64,000 nucleotides of DNA from Octopus bimaculoides (lineage: Eukaryota). The stretch is taken from positions 8,064,304-8,128,303 of the forward strand of contig NC_068996.1 of assembly GCF_001194135.2 (NCBI RefSeq), in the 5' to 3' direction. Below, piece by piece: positions 1 to 10,891 of the stretch. The notes under the pieces are model-generated. The model was not told where the DNA came from. It made no database searches and saw only the letters and a program-made list of their open reading frames with translations. Position numbers and translations under genes: made by a program. Positions within the stretch are counted from its first letter, which is position 1. Each line of letters starts with the position of its first letter.

Positions 1-38
<38 letters not shown>

Positions 39-163
39 ACTTGGGGATGGTCATATTGCCAGTTTAGCCAATAAAAACACACGCACTGTATATTTGGTGT
101 TAATTTGCTTCAGCTTTATATTACATTAATCTTAATCTTATTTCGGCCATATATATATATATA

Positions 164-660
164 CAGTGTGTGATGGGTAAATTGTTGCCATTTAACATTT
201 TTACTTTCATGCATGCATATTGTTTGTTTTTGATTTTGTTCACTACACAGTATGATAGGATTAGTTGGGTATAATCTGTGAGAAAAACAGCACCATGAGG
301 GAATTTATTTTGCCAGAAATTTGAAAATGACATGCTGTACTGCTTCACAGTACAGCATGTCATTTTCAAATTTCTAATACAAACATTTCAGAGTGTTTGA
401 GAGTCAATCTGAGGACAGTGCAGAGAATTCGGAAAGAGTTGGATGAGTCTAATTGGGATTATGATGGTATGGTAGCTAGGAAAACTCACTCTTACTGTTC
501 TGATAAGAAAAGAACTCTTGAATTTGTTGGTAAGATCCAGGCCATGATTGACAACGATCCCTCCAAGTCAATCAGATCCATCGCCAGGGACATGGGAGTG
601 TCTGAGTTTCTTATCAGGTAGATAGTGCATGAAGACATTCAGTATTCCTCATACAAGATG
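164..660 (+). mobile_element. Tc1/mariner-superfamily (maT/rosa-like) element: left end plus N-terminal HTH-coding fragment
   Basis: TA|CAGTGTGTGATGGGTAAATTG start after a (TA)n tract. Frame 397-660 reads ...KIQAMIDNDPSKSIRSIARDMGVSEFLIR*IVHEDIQYSSYKM, an HTH pattern typical of Tc1/mariner N-termini. No catalytic domain or matching right TIR of this family. Confidence 0.7.
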
Positions 661-2522
661 CTCTTCAAGCAATGCACATTTGTCTATGAAGAGATGGAAA
701 AATGGCTTCTCCTGTGGATCAATGAGAAGTAACTCACAGAGGATACGATTACAGAGAGCATCATCTGAGAGAAAGCACGAGAGCTGTATGGGGATTGCCT
801 GAAGCAGAACCCCGGAACATCAATGGAGGAGACATCAGTAGATACATTTAAGGCCAATTGCAGCTGGTTCGATAATTTCAAGAAGAGGACTGGTGTTTAT
901 AACATCGTCAGTTTTGGAGAAACATCGAATTCTGACACAAAGGTAACTGAGGATTTCATGTATGAATTCCATCTGCTCATCACAGCCGAGGTATCACAAC
1001 AGGTATTCAACTGTGATGAAACTGGCCTTTTTTGGAAAAAAATGCCCAAAAGAACCTATAGCACTACAGAGGTGAAGAAAATGTCAGGCCACAAGCCTAT
1101 GAAAGATAGGCTAACTCTCACCCTTTGTGCCAATGTGAGTGGAGACTTGAAGATTAAGCTGCTCCTTGCCTACCTATGAGTTGCACAAAATCCTGAAGAA
1201 GAGGCTGTAAGTAATGTGGAGAGCAAACATTAAAGTCTGAGTCACCAGGTAATTCTTCACTGAGTGGGTCAACCTTATCTTTGGACCAGCAGTGAAAAAG
1301 CACCTTCTGGAGAACAATCTTCCTGTCAAGGCCCTCTTCATCCTTGACAGTGCTCCTGCTCACTATCCTAACTTTGAAGATGATATCCCGGATGAATTTA
1401 AATTCATAAAAGTTCAATACCTTTCATGTAACACCACCCCTATCTTGCTGCCCATTGACCAACAGGTGATTTCTAATTTTTAAAAATTGTACACCAAACA
1501 CCAGTTTTGTTGGTGCTTTGAAGTCACCAAAAATACAAATCTAACCCTTTGTAAGTTTTAGAAGGACCACTACAACATTGTTAACTGCCTGAAAATCATC
1601 GATTTTGCCTGGTAGAATGTTACAAAGAGAACACTGAATTCTGCATGGAGGAAACTTGCCTGACTGCATATCTGTAAAAGACTGTGAGGGGTTTGAGTCT
1701 GAGACACCTGTAGTTGAGGAGATAGTGTCTCTTGGCAAGTCCATGGACCTCAAGGTTGACGATGGGGACATAAACGATCTTGTTGAGGAACGCTCAGAGG
1801 AGCTGACAATAGATGAACTCCTTCAGCTTCAGGAGCAACAGCATTTGAATGTGGTAGAAGAGATTGGTTCCCCGGAGGAGGACAGTGTTGTGGAGGTTAC
1901 TTCTACAAGTGACTTAAAGGCAGTGTTGATAAAGTGGCAGTATGTTTCTGAATTTGTAGAAAAATATAATCCTGAAAAAGTATCTACGGGTCGTGCAGCT
2001 GCTTTATTTAGTGACAAATGCTCTGGTGAATTTTCATAACATTTTGAAAGGCAGGAAAAATCAGATTTATCTTGATATGTTTCTAATAAAACAACCTGAA
2101 AATGGGAAAAGTGAAGAAAGTGTGTCCAAGAAGCCTAAATTAAGTGAAGTGGGAGAGAAAATGCGAGAGACTGTTCTTCCTGAAGTCTTAATTGCAGGAG
2201 ATTCTCCTTCCAAACAATAATCGTCTTCCTCCCCACTCCATCATCTTCCTTGTGCACAAATTGTTCCATCTTTAAAGTAATTCAGTTAATAAAACCAGTT
2301 TACATATTTCTTTTGTATTCTCTTTTATGTTTCTAAAATTGTCATTTTCTTTGTAACTGCATTTCAAAACTCATAAAAAAATGATTTTTGGGTGGTTTTC
2401 AGGGCTGGAATGGATTAATTATATTTAAATTAATTTCAATGGGGAAAATTGATTTGTAAAACGAGTATATCGTAAAACAATCTCAGTCATGGAACAAATT
2501 AAACTCATACTATGAAGTATCA

Positions 2523-2525
<3 letters not shown>
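661..2525 (+). mobile_element. Tigger/pogo DNA transposon, 5'-truncated, with transposase pseudogene (CENP-B-type HTH + DDE) and right TIR
   Basis: Motifs YEEMEKWLLLWINEK, WFDNFKKR, VFNCDETGLFWKKMPKRT, KDRLTLTLCAN, LFILDSAPAH...PIDQQVISNF (36 residues between the last two Asp, DD36D), acidic C-terminus, stop at 2220. Several stops and frameshifts. Right end GGAACAAATTAAACTCATACTATGAAGTATCACTG|TA at 2491-2527. Confidence 0.92.

Positions 2526-2574
<49 letters not shown>
2526..2574. repeat. (TA)n microsatellite between the Tigger TIR and the RTE 3' end
   Basis: Pure TA repeat seen directly. Confidence 0.95.
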
Positions 2575-2575
<1 letters not shown>

Positions 2576-2578
<3 letters not shown>

Positions 2579-5500
2579 TAGTGTGCCCACAGAGGGACAT
2601 ATTTAACTTCATGTAAATGATAGATTCTCTCATTGTGAACAACAAATGAGGGTTCAGTAAAATGAAGCGGTAATCATGTTCTATCGACACGAATGTGTCT
2701 CTTGAGGCCTGCTGGTGCCTTACAAACCTTTTGGCAAATGGAACAAGTTGAGGACCCAGTTTGCTTGAGTGCATGTGGATCATTTACTATGTACTCTCTT
2801 GAGTGGACAGCAAGGCCTGCTTTGCTTTGTGTCACGAAATCACAATGACAGGTAAGGTTTCCATTTAGAGGAACAGCATTTTACCAGCATGCCTTCATGA
2901 TTGCACGAAGTTCACCCCAACATTGGCGTCAACTTTGTTCAAATCTTTGAACTGAGGAGAAGTAGGACTGGTATTGGGTCCTGCATTCTAATGCTTTGTT
3001 TTTCCAGGAAGAAAATGGAATGTTGTATCACTTCATATTGTCTTTTAGTTTGTCTTTAGTGACCTTCCAGCTGACTTTTCCATTGGGAATTGGCCAAAGA
3101 GAAGTTGCTTTGGAATTCTGATATCACTCATATGTGAAAGATGATTTAATGATCTAAGCAGTATTTTGATGAGGATGGCTTCAGTACTTGATATGTTGCA
3201 TTTTGTTAATATCTCACTGTTACGAATATGGTCACTTGGTTTTATGGAGATAGTACGCAAGCATCGCATATGAAAAGCATCAAGCTGGTTGATATGCTTT
3301 CAATACTGAGTCCAAGATTCATCACCATAGAACAATGATGTCAAGAATACCAACTTATATACATTGACTTCAACAATACATCAGGGCTGTTCCAAAACCT
3401 GTGATAAAGATCACTGAAAGTGAAGCTAACCTTCCCAATTCTTGACTCAATCTCTTTATCTATCTTCGCATCATTGAACACAATGGAACCAAGATAAGTG
3501 AAGGAGGAAACAATTTTTAATGCTTCTCCATCAACATATGCAGTAGAGGCAACAGTGAGAAGATGGTCACTAAAGGGCTGATGGACAAGCTCAGTTTTCT
3601 TGATGTTGATGGTCAGACCAAAAGCCTTTGATGCATGTAAGAAGTTGTTTAGAATCCATGTGCCCAAGAGTGTGTGCTACAAGTGCACAATCATCTGCGA
3701 AGATCAAATCTCAAACTGTTTGCACCAAAGTCTTAATTTTTGCTTTGAAGCACTTTTGGCTGAACAAGCCCCCATCAGTTCTGTACTCAGACTTTACTCC
3801 TTCTTTAACACCTTCGAATGCTGTTTCCAACATGATGGACAAATACAAAGCAAAGAAGAACTGTTCAAGAACACAGCTTTGTTTTGTCCCATTTGAAACT
3901 GTGAATGAATGAAACACTTCCCCACTAGATCTGACAAAAGCCATCATCGCTTGATAGAAAGAAATGATAACATTGAGCATCTTTTTGGGAACGCCTAGCT
4001 TTCTAAGGACAACCCAAAGAGCATCCCTAGATACAGTGTTGAAAGCGCTAGTTAGATTTACAAAAGTGATAAAAAGGTATTGGTTGTGCTTACAAGCCTT
4101 TTCCTGCAGCTGCCTTAGGCTAAAAATCATATCCATTGTGCCTCTACCATCCCAATATCCATTCTGAGATTCAGGCAACACCAAGCTGTCAAGGGCATCA
4201 GTTAGTCTGTTTAAGATAACCCTTCCAAGGATCTTCCTGACAACATACAAAAGGGAGATGCCTCTAAGGTTGTCTCATTTACATCTGTTGCCTTTGTGCT
4301 TATAAAGATGGACAATAGAAGCGTCTTTGAACTGCTGTGGGACTGATCCTGATTTCCAGATTAAAGAGAAGAGTTCACATAACTTGTTCAGCACATTTAT
4401 ATGTCTCGGCTGGTATGCCATCATTTTCAGACACCTTTCCATTTATGATCTGTTTTAAGGCCATTTTTATTTCAGCATTTGATGGAGCAAGACAGTTTTT
4501 CAAGGACAGGTCTTTGTGGTAGGTTATTGGTCAGTTCTTTATCAACAATTGAGTCCATATTCGGAACATTTGAAAAGTACTCTGCTCAGCACTTCATGAT
4601 TTCCTTTTCATCTGTCAGAAGATTACCCTCAGTTAAAAGTATGGAAATTGAACCGTCAGACACAGGTCCAAAAACACCCTTTAAATTCTGGTAGATTGAC
4701 CTGGAGTCACATCTATCCACAGCATCCTGCAACTCTTGTGCCTTCCTTTGCTGCCATACCTGTTTCATTTGCCTCAGTTGAGATTGGCAAGTATTTCTGA
4801 CCTTTTTAAACTCATTGCATTTTGTGGCATTATTTTTATTTGACATCCGTTGACAGTGGCACATGTGAATATTGCCCAAAAGAGGAGAGATGTTTGGATC
4901 ATTTGAGGCGAACCAATCTTGGTGCTTCCTCTTAACATATCCAAGTGTTTCACAAGATGATTCAAATACAGCATTTTTAAAATCAGACCACACTGATTCA
5001 ATATCTGTGCTATCTGAGATGTCAGCAAGTTTGTTGTTATAGGTTGTTTGAAATGAGGTTAAATTGTCATTGTTCCTCAACTTTGTCACATCTGCTTTCT
5101 GAATTGGTCAATTGTGATTGCTATGAATAGGCCTGTGAACAGTAAAATTCACCTTTGATCGTATCAGACCAACACTCCCCAATGGAGAAAGAATGTGTTA
5201 CTTGGACATCTTCTCTTATGAAAGACCCCACAATTATGTAATCAATAAGGTGATAATGATTTGATTGGGGATGCTTCCAGGTAGTTTTGAGGTGGTTGGG
5301 GAGTTGGAAAATAATATTGGTAATCAAAAGTCCATACTTACTGCAAAGCAATAGCAGCAGATGACCATTTTAGTTTGCTTCGCCAACCCCATGCTTCCCT
5401 ATTACATCACCCCATATGAATATATCACAACATATGCATGCACTGAAATCACCAATGAGAAGAAGTTTATCATGGATAGAGACACCTCTCAACTGGCTAC

Positions 5501-6660
5501 ATAGCTCAGAGTAGAACTGCTCTTTGACTGCTTCATTTGAGTTCATGGTTGGAACATAGCAGCTGAAAATAGTTGAATATTTGAGAGTATTGTAGTTCAC
5601 TTGAAACATTGTGTATTGTTTGTAAAGAATAAAAAGTTTTGAATGGTACCACAATGCACTATAACACAAAAAATGGACTACATACCTGTTGTAATTTAGT
5701 TATCTATAGTCCGATGATATTTCGGAATACAATTCCTTCTTCAGATATTCTTAGATGGAGTCGCTGCTATAATCGACTTTCCAATGGCTTTTCTTTTATC
5801 GGAAATGTCTCAGTAGTGGTATCACGAAGCTTCTTCCGGAATTCCTCATGAGAAGTGAGTGAGGTCAGCTATGTTTCAATCTCGTGTGTGTTGGTACATC
5901 TGTGGCGCTGCTTCTAAGTTATCTGTTATACGTGCAGCTTCCCTTTATTTTTTTTTTGTTATAAACAATACATGAGCATGTTATTAAGAATGAACCTACA
6001 CACATACAGATGTAGCTAAATAATATATTGATTACCAATCTCCAGCCTGTTGTTAATTTGGGGTCCTAGTCTGTGTATGAGTAACACTTCCTTAATTCTT
6101 GAATTACCCAGCCAGTGCAGATACACAATAATGTGAGTCTTTCACTAATGCCAACAGGTAGAGATTCAAAATGTTTCACTAGATCATTCTGAATAAAAAC
6201 CCAACACCTGTCTCTTTCTTTACATCCTGACGCTTACCCATCCAGAAAAAAGTCTATCCACCATCAACTTCTTGTAGCTGACCACAGTCCACTAATCTAG
6301 TTTCTGAAAGAGTTGCAATTCCAATGTCTTTTCTTTCAGGACACAGGCAACCAAAGCGGTCCAATGCTCTATGTTTTTTTGCTTTCCTGAAGAGTTCTCA
6401 CATTCCAAGATGCAATAAAAAGGTTTTTTTGTTTTCTATTTGCTTAACTGCTCCATCAACCCATGATGGTGGTATTTGTGGAAAGTATTTTACTGAACTA
6501 CTTGCACATGGTTTTGCTTATAGTGGTCATTGCTTGTGCAGCACAATGCACACTCTCTCCATCAAAAATGCAATTACCTGTACTGGTGCACAGAGTGCCA
6601 TGTGTCAGATGCTAAATCAATTGCAGATTTGAGATCAGAGTGGCCTTCTCTTAGTCTTGT
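2576..6660 (-). mobile_element. Near full-length degenerate RTE-clade LINE (APE endonuclease + reverse transcriptase), interrupted at ~5586-6110
   Basis: Minus-strand motifs in order: IASWNVRTL (~6390-6415), IATLSETRL, TFFWMG...GVGF, LPVGISERL (~6140), YSTIFSCYVPT (~5550-5580), LIGDFSA, KHGVGEAN, HLIDYIIV, RGTMDMIFSLRQLQEK, AFNTVSRDALW, FTYLGS, RIPKQLLFG. Many stops and frameshifts. Confidence 0.92.
5686..5940 (-). other. CpG-rich exon-like segment inside an insert in the RTE, ending at a consensus 5' splice site
   Basis: Minus strand reads ...TTACAACAG|GTATGT with the exon end at 5686. About ten CpG in 240 bp against very few in the flanking LINE. The longest frame is broken by TAG stops. 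Confidence 0.35.
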
Positions 6661-6859
6661 TCAGAAGTTCTCAAACTTTTTGGGCCACTGCCCCCGCCCC
6701 CCTCATAGCCAGAAAATACCCTCAGCGCCCCACCCCTATTTTTATGTATAAATAAATATTTTATATTTTACTAATTTATATATACTATGGATGATTTGAT
6801 ATTTAATATAATATTATATAATTTGTATACAATACTATAATGATATTATAATAAATTCA

Positions 6860-7130
6860 TAGCGTCCCCTAATTCATTGCCTTCCTTTTTCTCTACCATC
6901 TCCTTAGGCACAAGTGCCCATCTGGACTGTCTCAAAGCCCATCTATGGTCTAGTTGCTCAAAAGTTACAGAGCCCAGACTGTAGCTACAGAGCCTAGACT
7001 GCCCTATGAGTAAGTAGATGCTGATAGTGCACATCAACTAAGGGGACTGGCAGCAACTACAAACCTGATTTTATATCAGAGTTTTCCTTCTCCTAGATGG
7101 GTTGCCCTCATCATGGCTAAGGAGTTCCAT
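6860..7130 (-). mobile_element. RTE 5'-UTR-like fragment
   Basis: Minus strand has GGCAACCCATCTAGGAGAAGGAAAACTCTGA, resembling RTE 5'-UTR motifs recalled from memory. It lies upstream of and co-oriented with the RTE ORF. Confidence 0.35.
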
Positions 7131-7188
7131 ACATAAATACACAAAAAAGAAAAGTAAAAATATATGAGATTTAAGAATATAAATAAGA

Positions 7189-7532
7189 GGCGATCTTTTG
7201 GTACGATTACCTAAATATCGGCCTTTTCCGTAAAAAGTGTTGGAGAGAAACAGGGAAACAATGTCATAACAGCGAAAGACATACAGAGAGCGTGATTTAT
7301 TTTGAAGGGTTTAGAGTTAGGGTTAGGGTTAGGTTTATGGTTAGGGTTTGGGTCTTAGGGTTTGCATTAGGGAATTCCGTCCCTAACCGTAACCCTAAGC
7401 ACTAACCCTAACCCCAACACTAAAACCCTAACCATGCGGGTGTTACGGAAAAGGACGATCTTTGGTAAAGATCGCCAAAGACACTTTTTACAGAAAAGGC
7501 CGATATTTAGGAACTCGTACCAAAAGATCGCC
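7189..7532. mobile_element. Merlin-like MITE with internal inverted telomeric repeats
   Basis: 52-bp TIRs (7189-7240 vs 7481-7532, 49/52 match), GG...CC termini, perfect 8-bp TSD AAATAAGA (7181-7188; 7533-7540). TTAGGG-like array ~7304-7372 faces a CCCTAA-like array 7381-7433. Confidence 0.85.
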
Positions 7533-7865
7533 AAATAAGATATATAAAAGCAATATTTATATATATATGTATACACATTTTTGTTGGATGACAGTTGACT
7601 ACTCATGAATTCCTCTGCCCTTGACAGGTTTTGAGTTTTGTTCCTCTGGATGTCTAATGATCACCCTCCTCACCAAGCAAGCTCGGTGGGGTTGCCAGTT
7701 TAGTTGTCAATGACCCAATCATGCAACAGATTGTACTGGGTTACATGTTACCAGTAGCGCCTGAGAGCAACCTGACATATAACTTCATGTAAATATATAT
7801 ATATCGTGTATAACATCATGTAAATGTATAACTCATATATATATATATAACTTCATGTAAATATA

Positions 7866-8185
7866 TCATCATCGTTTAACATCCGTTTTCCATGCTGGCA
7901 TGGGTTAGACGGTTTGACTGAGGTCTGGAAAGCCAGTGGCTGCACCAGGCTCCAATCTGATCTGGCTATGTTTCTACAGCTAGATGCCCTTCCTAATGCC
8001 ACTGGCACAGGGGCCAGTCAGGTGGGCCTGGCATTGATCACATTTGGATAGTGCTTTTTACGTTACACCGGCATGGGAGCTAGTCAGAGGCACTGGCATC
8101 AGCCTTGTTTAGATGGTGCTTTTTACATGCCACTGGCATGGGAGCTAGTCAGGTGGATCTGGCATTGACCACATTTGTTTGGTGC
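7866..8185 (-). mobile_element. RTE-type 3'-tail repeat ((GAT)n-tailed)
   Basis: (CAT)n-GTTTAACATCCGTTTTCCATGCTGGCATGGGTT... shared with many other copies in the window. Confidence 0.75.
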
Positions 8186-8199
8186 TAATCAAACTAAAT

Positions 8200-8676
8200 A
8201 GTGAAATCGAAATCAAACTAAATTCGACGACTGGTACCCATGCCAACGTCATCTCCTTCATTGGACACTAAACTCGGCTTGTGAAGACCTGTTGGGGAAA
8301 GCGAAATTGTGATGGCACCTGTGCCCAGCGTCGTCTTCCTGACACTAGTGCCGGTGGCATGTGTAAAGACATTCGAGCGAGATCGTTGCCAGTGCCGCTG
8401 GACTGGCTCCTGTGCCGGTGGCACGTAAAATACACCATTTTGAGCGTTGCCGTTGCCAGTACCGCCTGATTGGCCTTCGTGCCGGTGGCATGTAAAAGCA
8501 CCCATTACACTCTCGGAGTGGTTGGCGTTAGGAAGGGCATCCAGCTGTAGAAACTCTGCCAGATCAGATTGGAGTCTGGTGTAGCCATCTGGCTCACCAG
8601 TCCTCAGTCAAATCGTCCAACGCATGCTAGTATGGAAAGCAGACATTAAATGATGATGATGATGATGATGATGATG
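8200..8676 (+). mobile_element. RTE-type 3'-tail non-autonomous repeat with internal ~60-bp tandem units and (GAT)n tail
   Basis: Three GTGCCGGTGGCA units, then GGTTGGCGTTAGGAAGGGCATCC...ACATTAAA(TGA)n. Homologous to 26502-26882 on the opposite strand. Confidence 0.8.
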
Positions 8677-8699
8677 GTTTTGCTCAATATGTAGAAAAG

Positions 8700-10055
8700 G
8701 AGTGGATAAAAATTCTAAACATGCACTCAGCACAAACAAGATGTGCAGTGGATTTTCAACCTGGTTTACTCATGAAGTAGACTTCCTATGTGGCAGATAC
8801 GCAGGAGAAATAAATACTAATAACACATGGGAAACACACTCAAGTGACCTAATTAACATTGGAGGCAGATGTCCTGAAAGTATAATTGCCAGAATAACCG
8901 TCTGGAGAAAGTTCAGAGAGCTATTACTATTGTTGATAATGAAGAAGGTCCTGCTCAGAGTGAAAGGCAGACTGTATGATGCTTGTATGTAAACTGTAAT
9001 GACACATGGTAACGAGACATTGGCTCTAAATGTGCAGGACTTCCGAAGACTAGAAATAAATAAAAAAAAGCCTGCTCCACTGTATGGATGATAGAGTGCT
9101 AATTTGTTGACAGAAAAACTAGGCATAAGAAGAATCAGATGTAGTATGTAAATGAGGAAACTGTATTTGTATAGGGATTTGGTGAAGATAGCCTATATAA
9201 AGAAGTGCCTATTATTCACAGTGGATGGAAGTAGTGGAAGAAGACCAAGAAGATGTGGTATGAAATGATGAGTGCCAATGTTAGGAAATTTAGCCTTATG
9301 GAGGAGACAATAAATGTGTTGATTGGTGATATGCAGCATTTGAGAAGAACCTCTTTGTCTATGTTATTGCTGTGAAAGTAAGGTTCTGGAAGCATAATGT
9401 CTGGAAGCATACAATTGAGCCTGTCACACCATATGTGTCTGTCGAGCCTTCAGCAGCTGCCCTTTCCTCATCCTCCACCTCTCTTCTAACTATTACATTA
9501 TTCTGATGCAGAAATTAAGTGAGAACAGAATTACAGACATCTTCATCCCTTTCTGTGCAACCAGTTATCTCTCCCTCTTTCTTGAACCACATCCTTGTTA
9601 TACTTGTCCTTCATTTGCACTCTCTTCTTGTGGAAGTATGTTCTCACAATTTGTCAGCCTATTTTTATCTCTCTTTCCACCTACACCCCAATTATCCCCC
9701 CTTCCGCCATATATTATACAAAATAACCACGTACCTCTTCTCCTGTAACCAATCTATTCCTGTCCCATTTATCATTACACCAAGCGTCTCCTTCTCAATT
9801 ATTCTCCCACTTGGTCAAAAGGCTTCTTTAGTCTTGTCACTTACATGGTGACCTCACTGGTGCTGGTGCCAAGAAAATTAAAAAGAAGGGATTAGTACAC
9901 TCACTTAAGTGGTTGGTGTTATGAAAGGCATCCGGCCATTGAAACCAAACCAAAAACAGAGATACCGAATAAAATGTTGTCCACAGATCTGATGGATTCT
10001 GTTGATCCATCAAACCCATGCCAACTTGGAAGATAGACATCTAATGATGATGATA
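8700..10055 (+). mobile_element. 5'-truncated RTE LINE: ORF C-terminus, 3' UTR and (GAT)n tail
   Basis: GGRCPESIIARITVWRKFRELL...RVKGRLYDACM*TVMTHGNETLAL, then an RRPRRCG-like (degenerate GRP) motif, a pyrimidine-rich UTR, the RTE-type tail motif and ...ATCTAATGATGATGAT. Confidence 0.8.
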
Positions 10056-10206
10056 TATATACATATGTGTTTGTATGTATACATGTGTTACTGTCTCCTT
10101 GGCTTGTCATCTCATGACTGTTGTCAATGAGTGCCATTGGTATGCAAGCAGTGTCCTTCATTTTACAATCTCCTGTGAATATTACCTTCATTGCATATAT
10201 ACATAT

Positions 10207-10402
10207 TCTCTTTCACTTGTTTCAGTCATTTGATTGTGGCCATGCTGGAGCATTGCCTTTAGTCGAGCAAATCGTCCCCAAGACTTATTCTATTGACCTC
10301 TTTTGCTGAACTGCTAAGTTACGGGGACGCAAACACACCAGCATCGGTTGTCAAGTAATGTTGGGTGGAGTGGGGTGGGGGCAAACACACACACACACAC
10401 AC

Positions 10403-10446
<44 letters not shown>

Positions 10447-10608
10447 ATATACAATGGGCTTCTTTCAGTTTCCGTCTACCAAATCCACTCACAAGGCTTT
10501 GGTTGGCCTGCGGCTATAGTAGAAGGCACTTGCCCAAGGTGCCATGCAGTGGGACTGAACCTGGAAGTATGTGGTTAGTAAGCAAGCTACTTACCACATA
10601 GCCACTCC
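10207..10608 (-). mobile_element. tRNA-derived SINE family A (internal microsatellite)
   Basis: Head GGAGTGGCTATGTGGTAAG...GGTTCAGTCCC (A/B-box-like), CORE-like CACCTTGGGCAAGTG, internal (TA)/(TG) tract; matches 50512-50929. Confidence 0.85.
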
Positions 10609-10624
10609 TACACCTATATATATA

Positions 10625-10891
10625 AGCCTGGTACTTACTCTATCAGTCTATTTTGCCGAACCGTTAAGTTAAGGGGACGTAAACACACCAACACTAATTG
10701 TCAAGCAGTGGTAGAGGACAAACAGACACACACACACACGACAGGTTTCTCTCAGTTTCCGTCAAACAAATCAACTTACAAGGCCCGAGACTATAGGAGA
10801 CTTGTCTGAGGTGCCATACAGTGGGACTGAACCGGGGACCATGTTTTTGGGAAGCATGCTTCTTATCTTACCACACAGCCACGTTTGCGCC
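10625..10891 (-). mobile_element. SINE family A, second tandem copy
   Basis: Same head and body as 10207-10608, more diverged. Confidence 0.75.

Noticed and set aside
7304-7433. Ancestral chromosome end-to-end fusion site
   Set aside because: The inverted telomeric arrays are short and enclosed by TIRs and an 8-bp TSD, so they belong to a mobile element.
8340-8500. CRISPR-like repeat-spacer array (GTGCCGGTGGCA every ~60-70 bp)
   Set aside because: The 'spacers' are homologous to each other, the context is a eukaryotic retroposon, and there are no cas genes.
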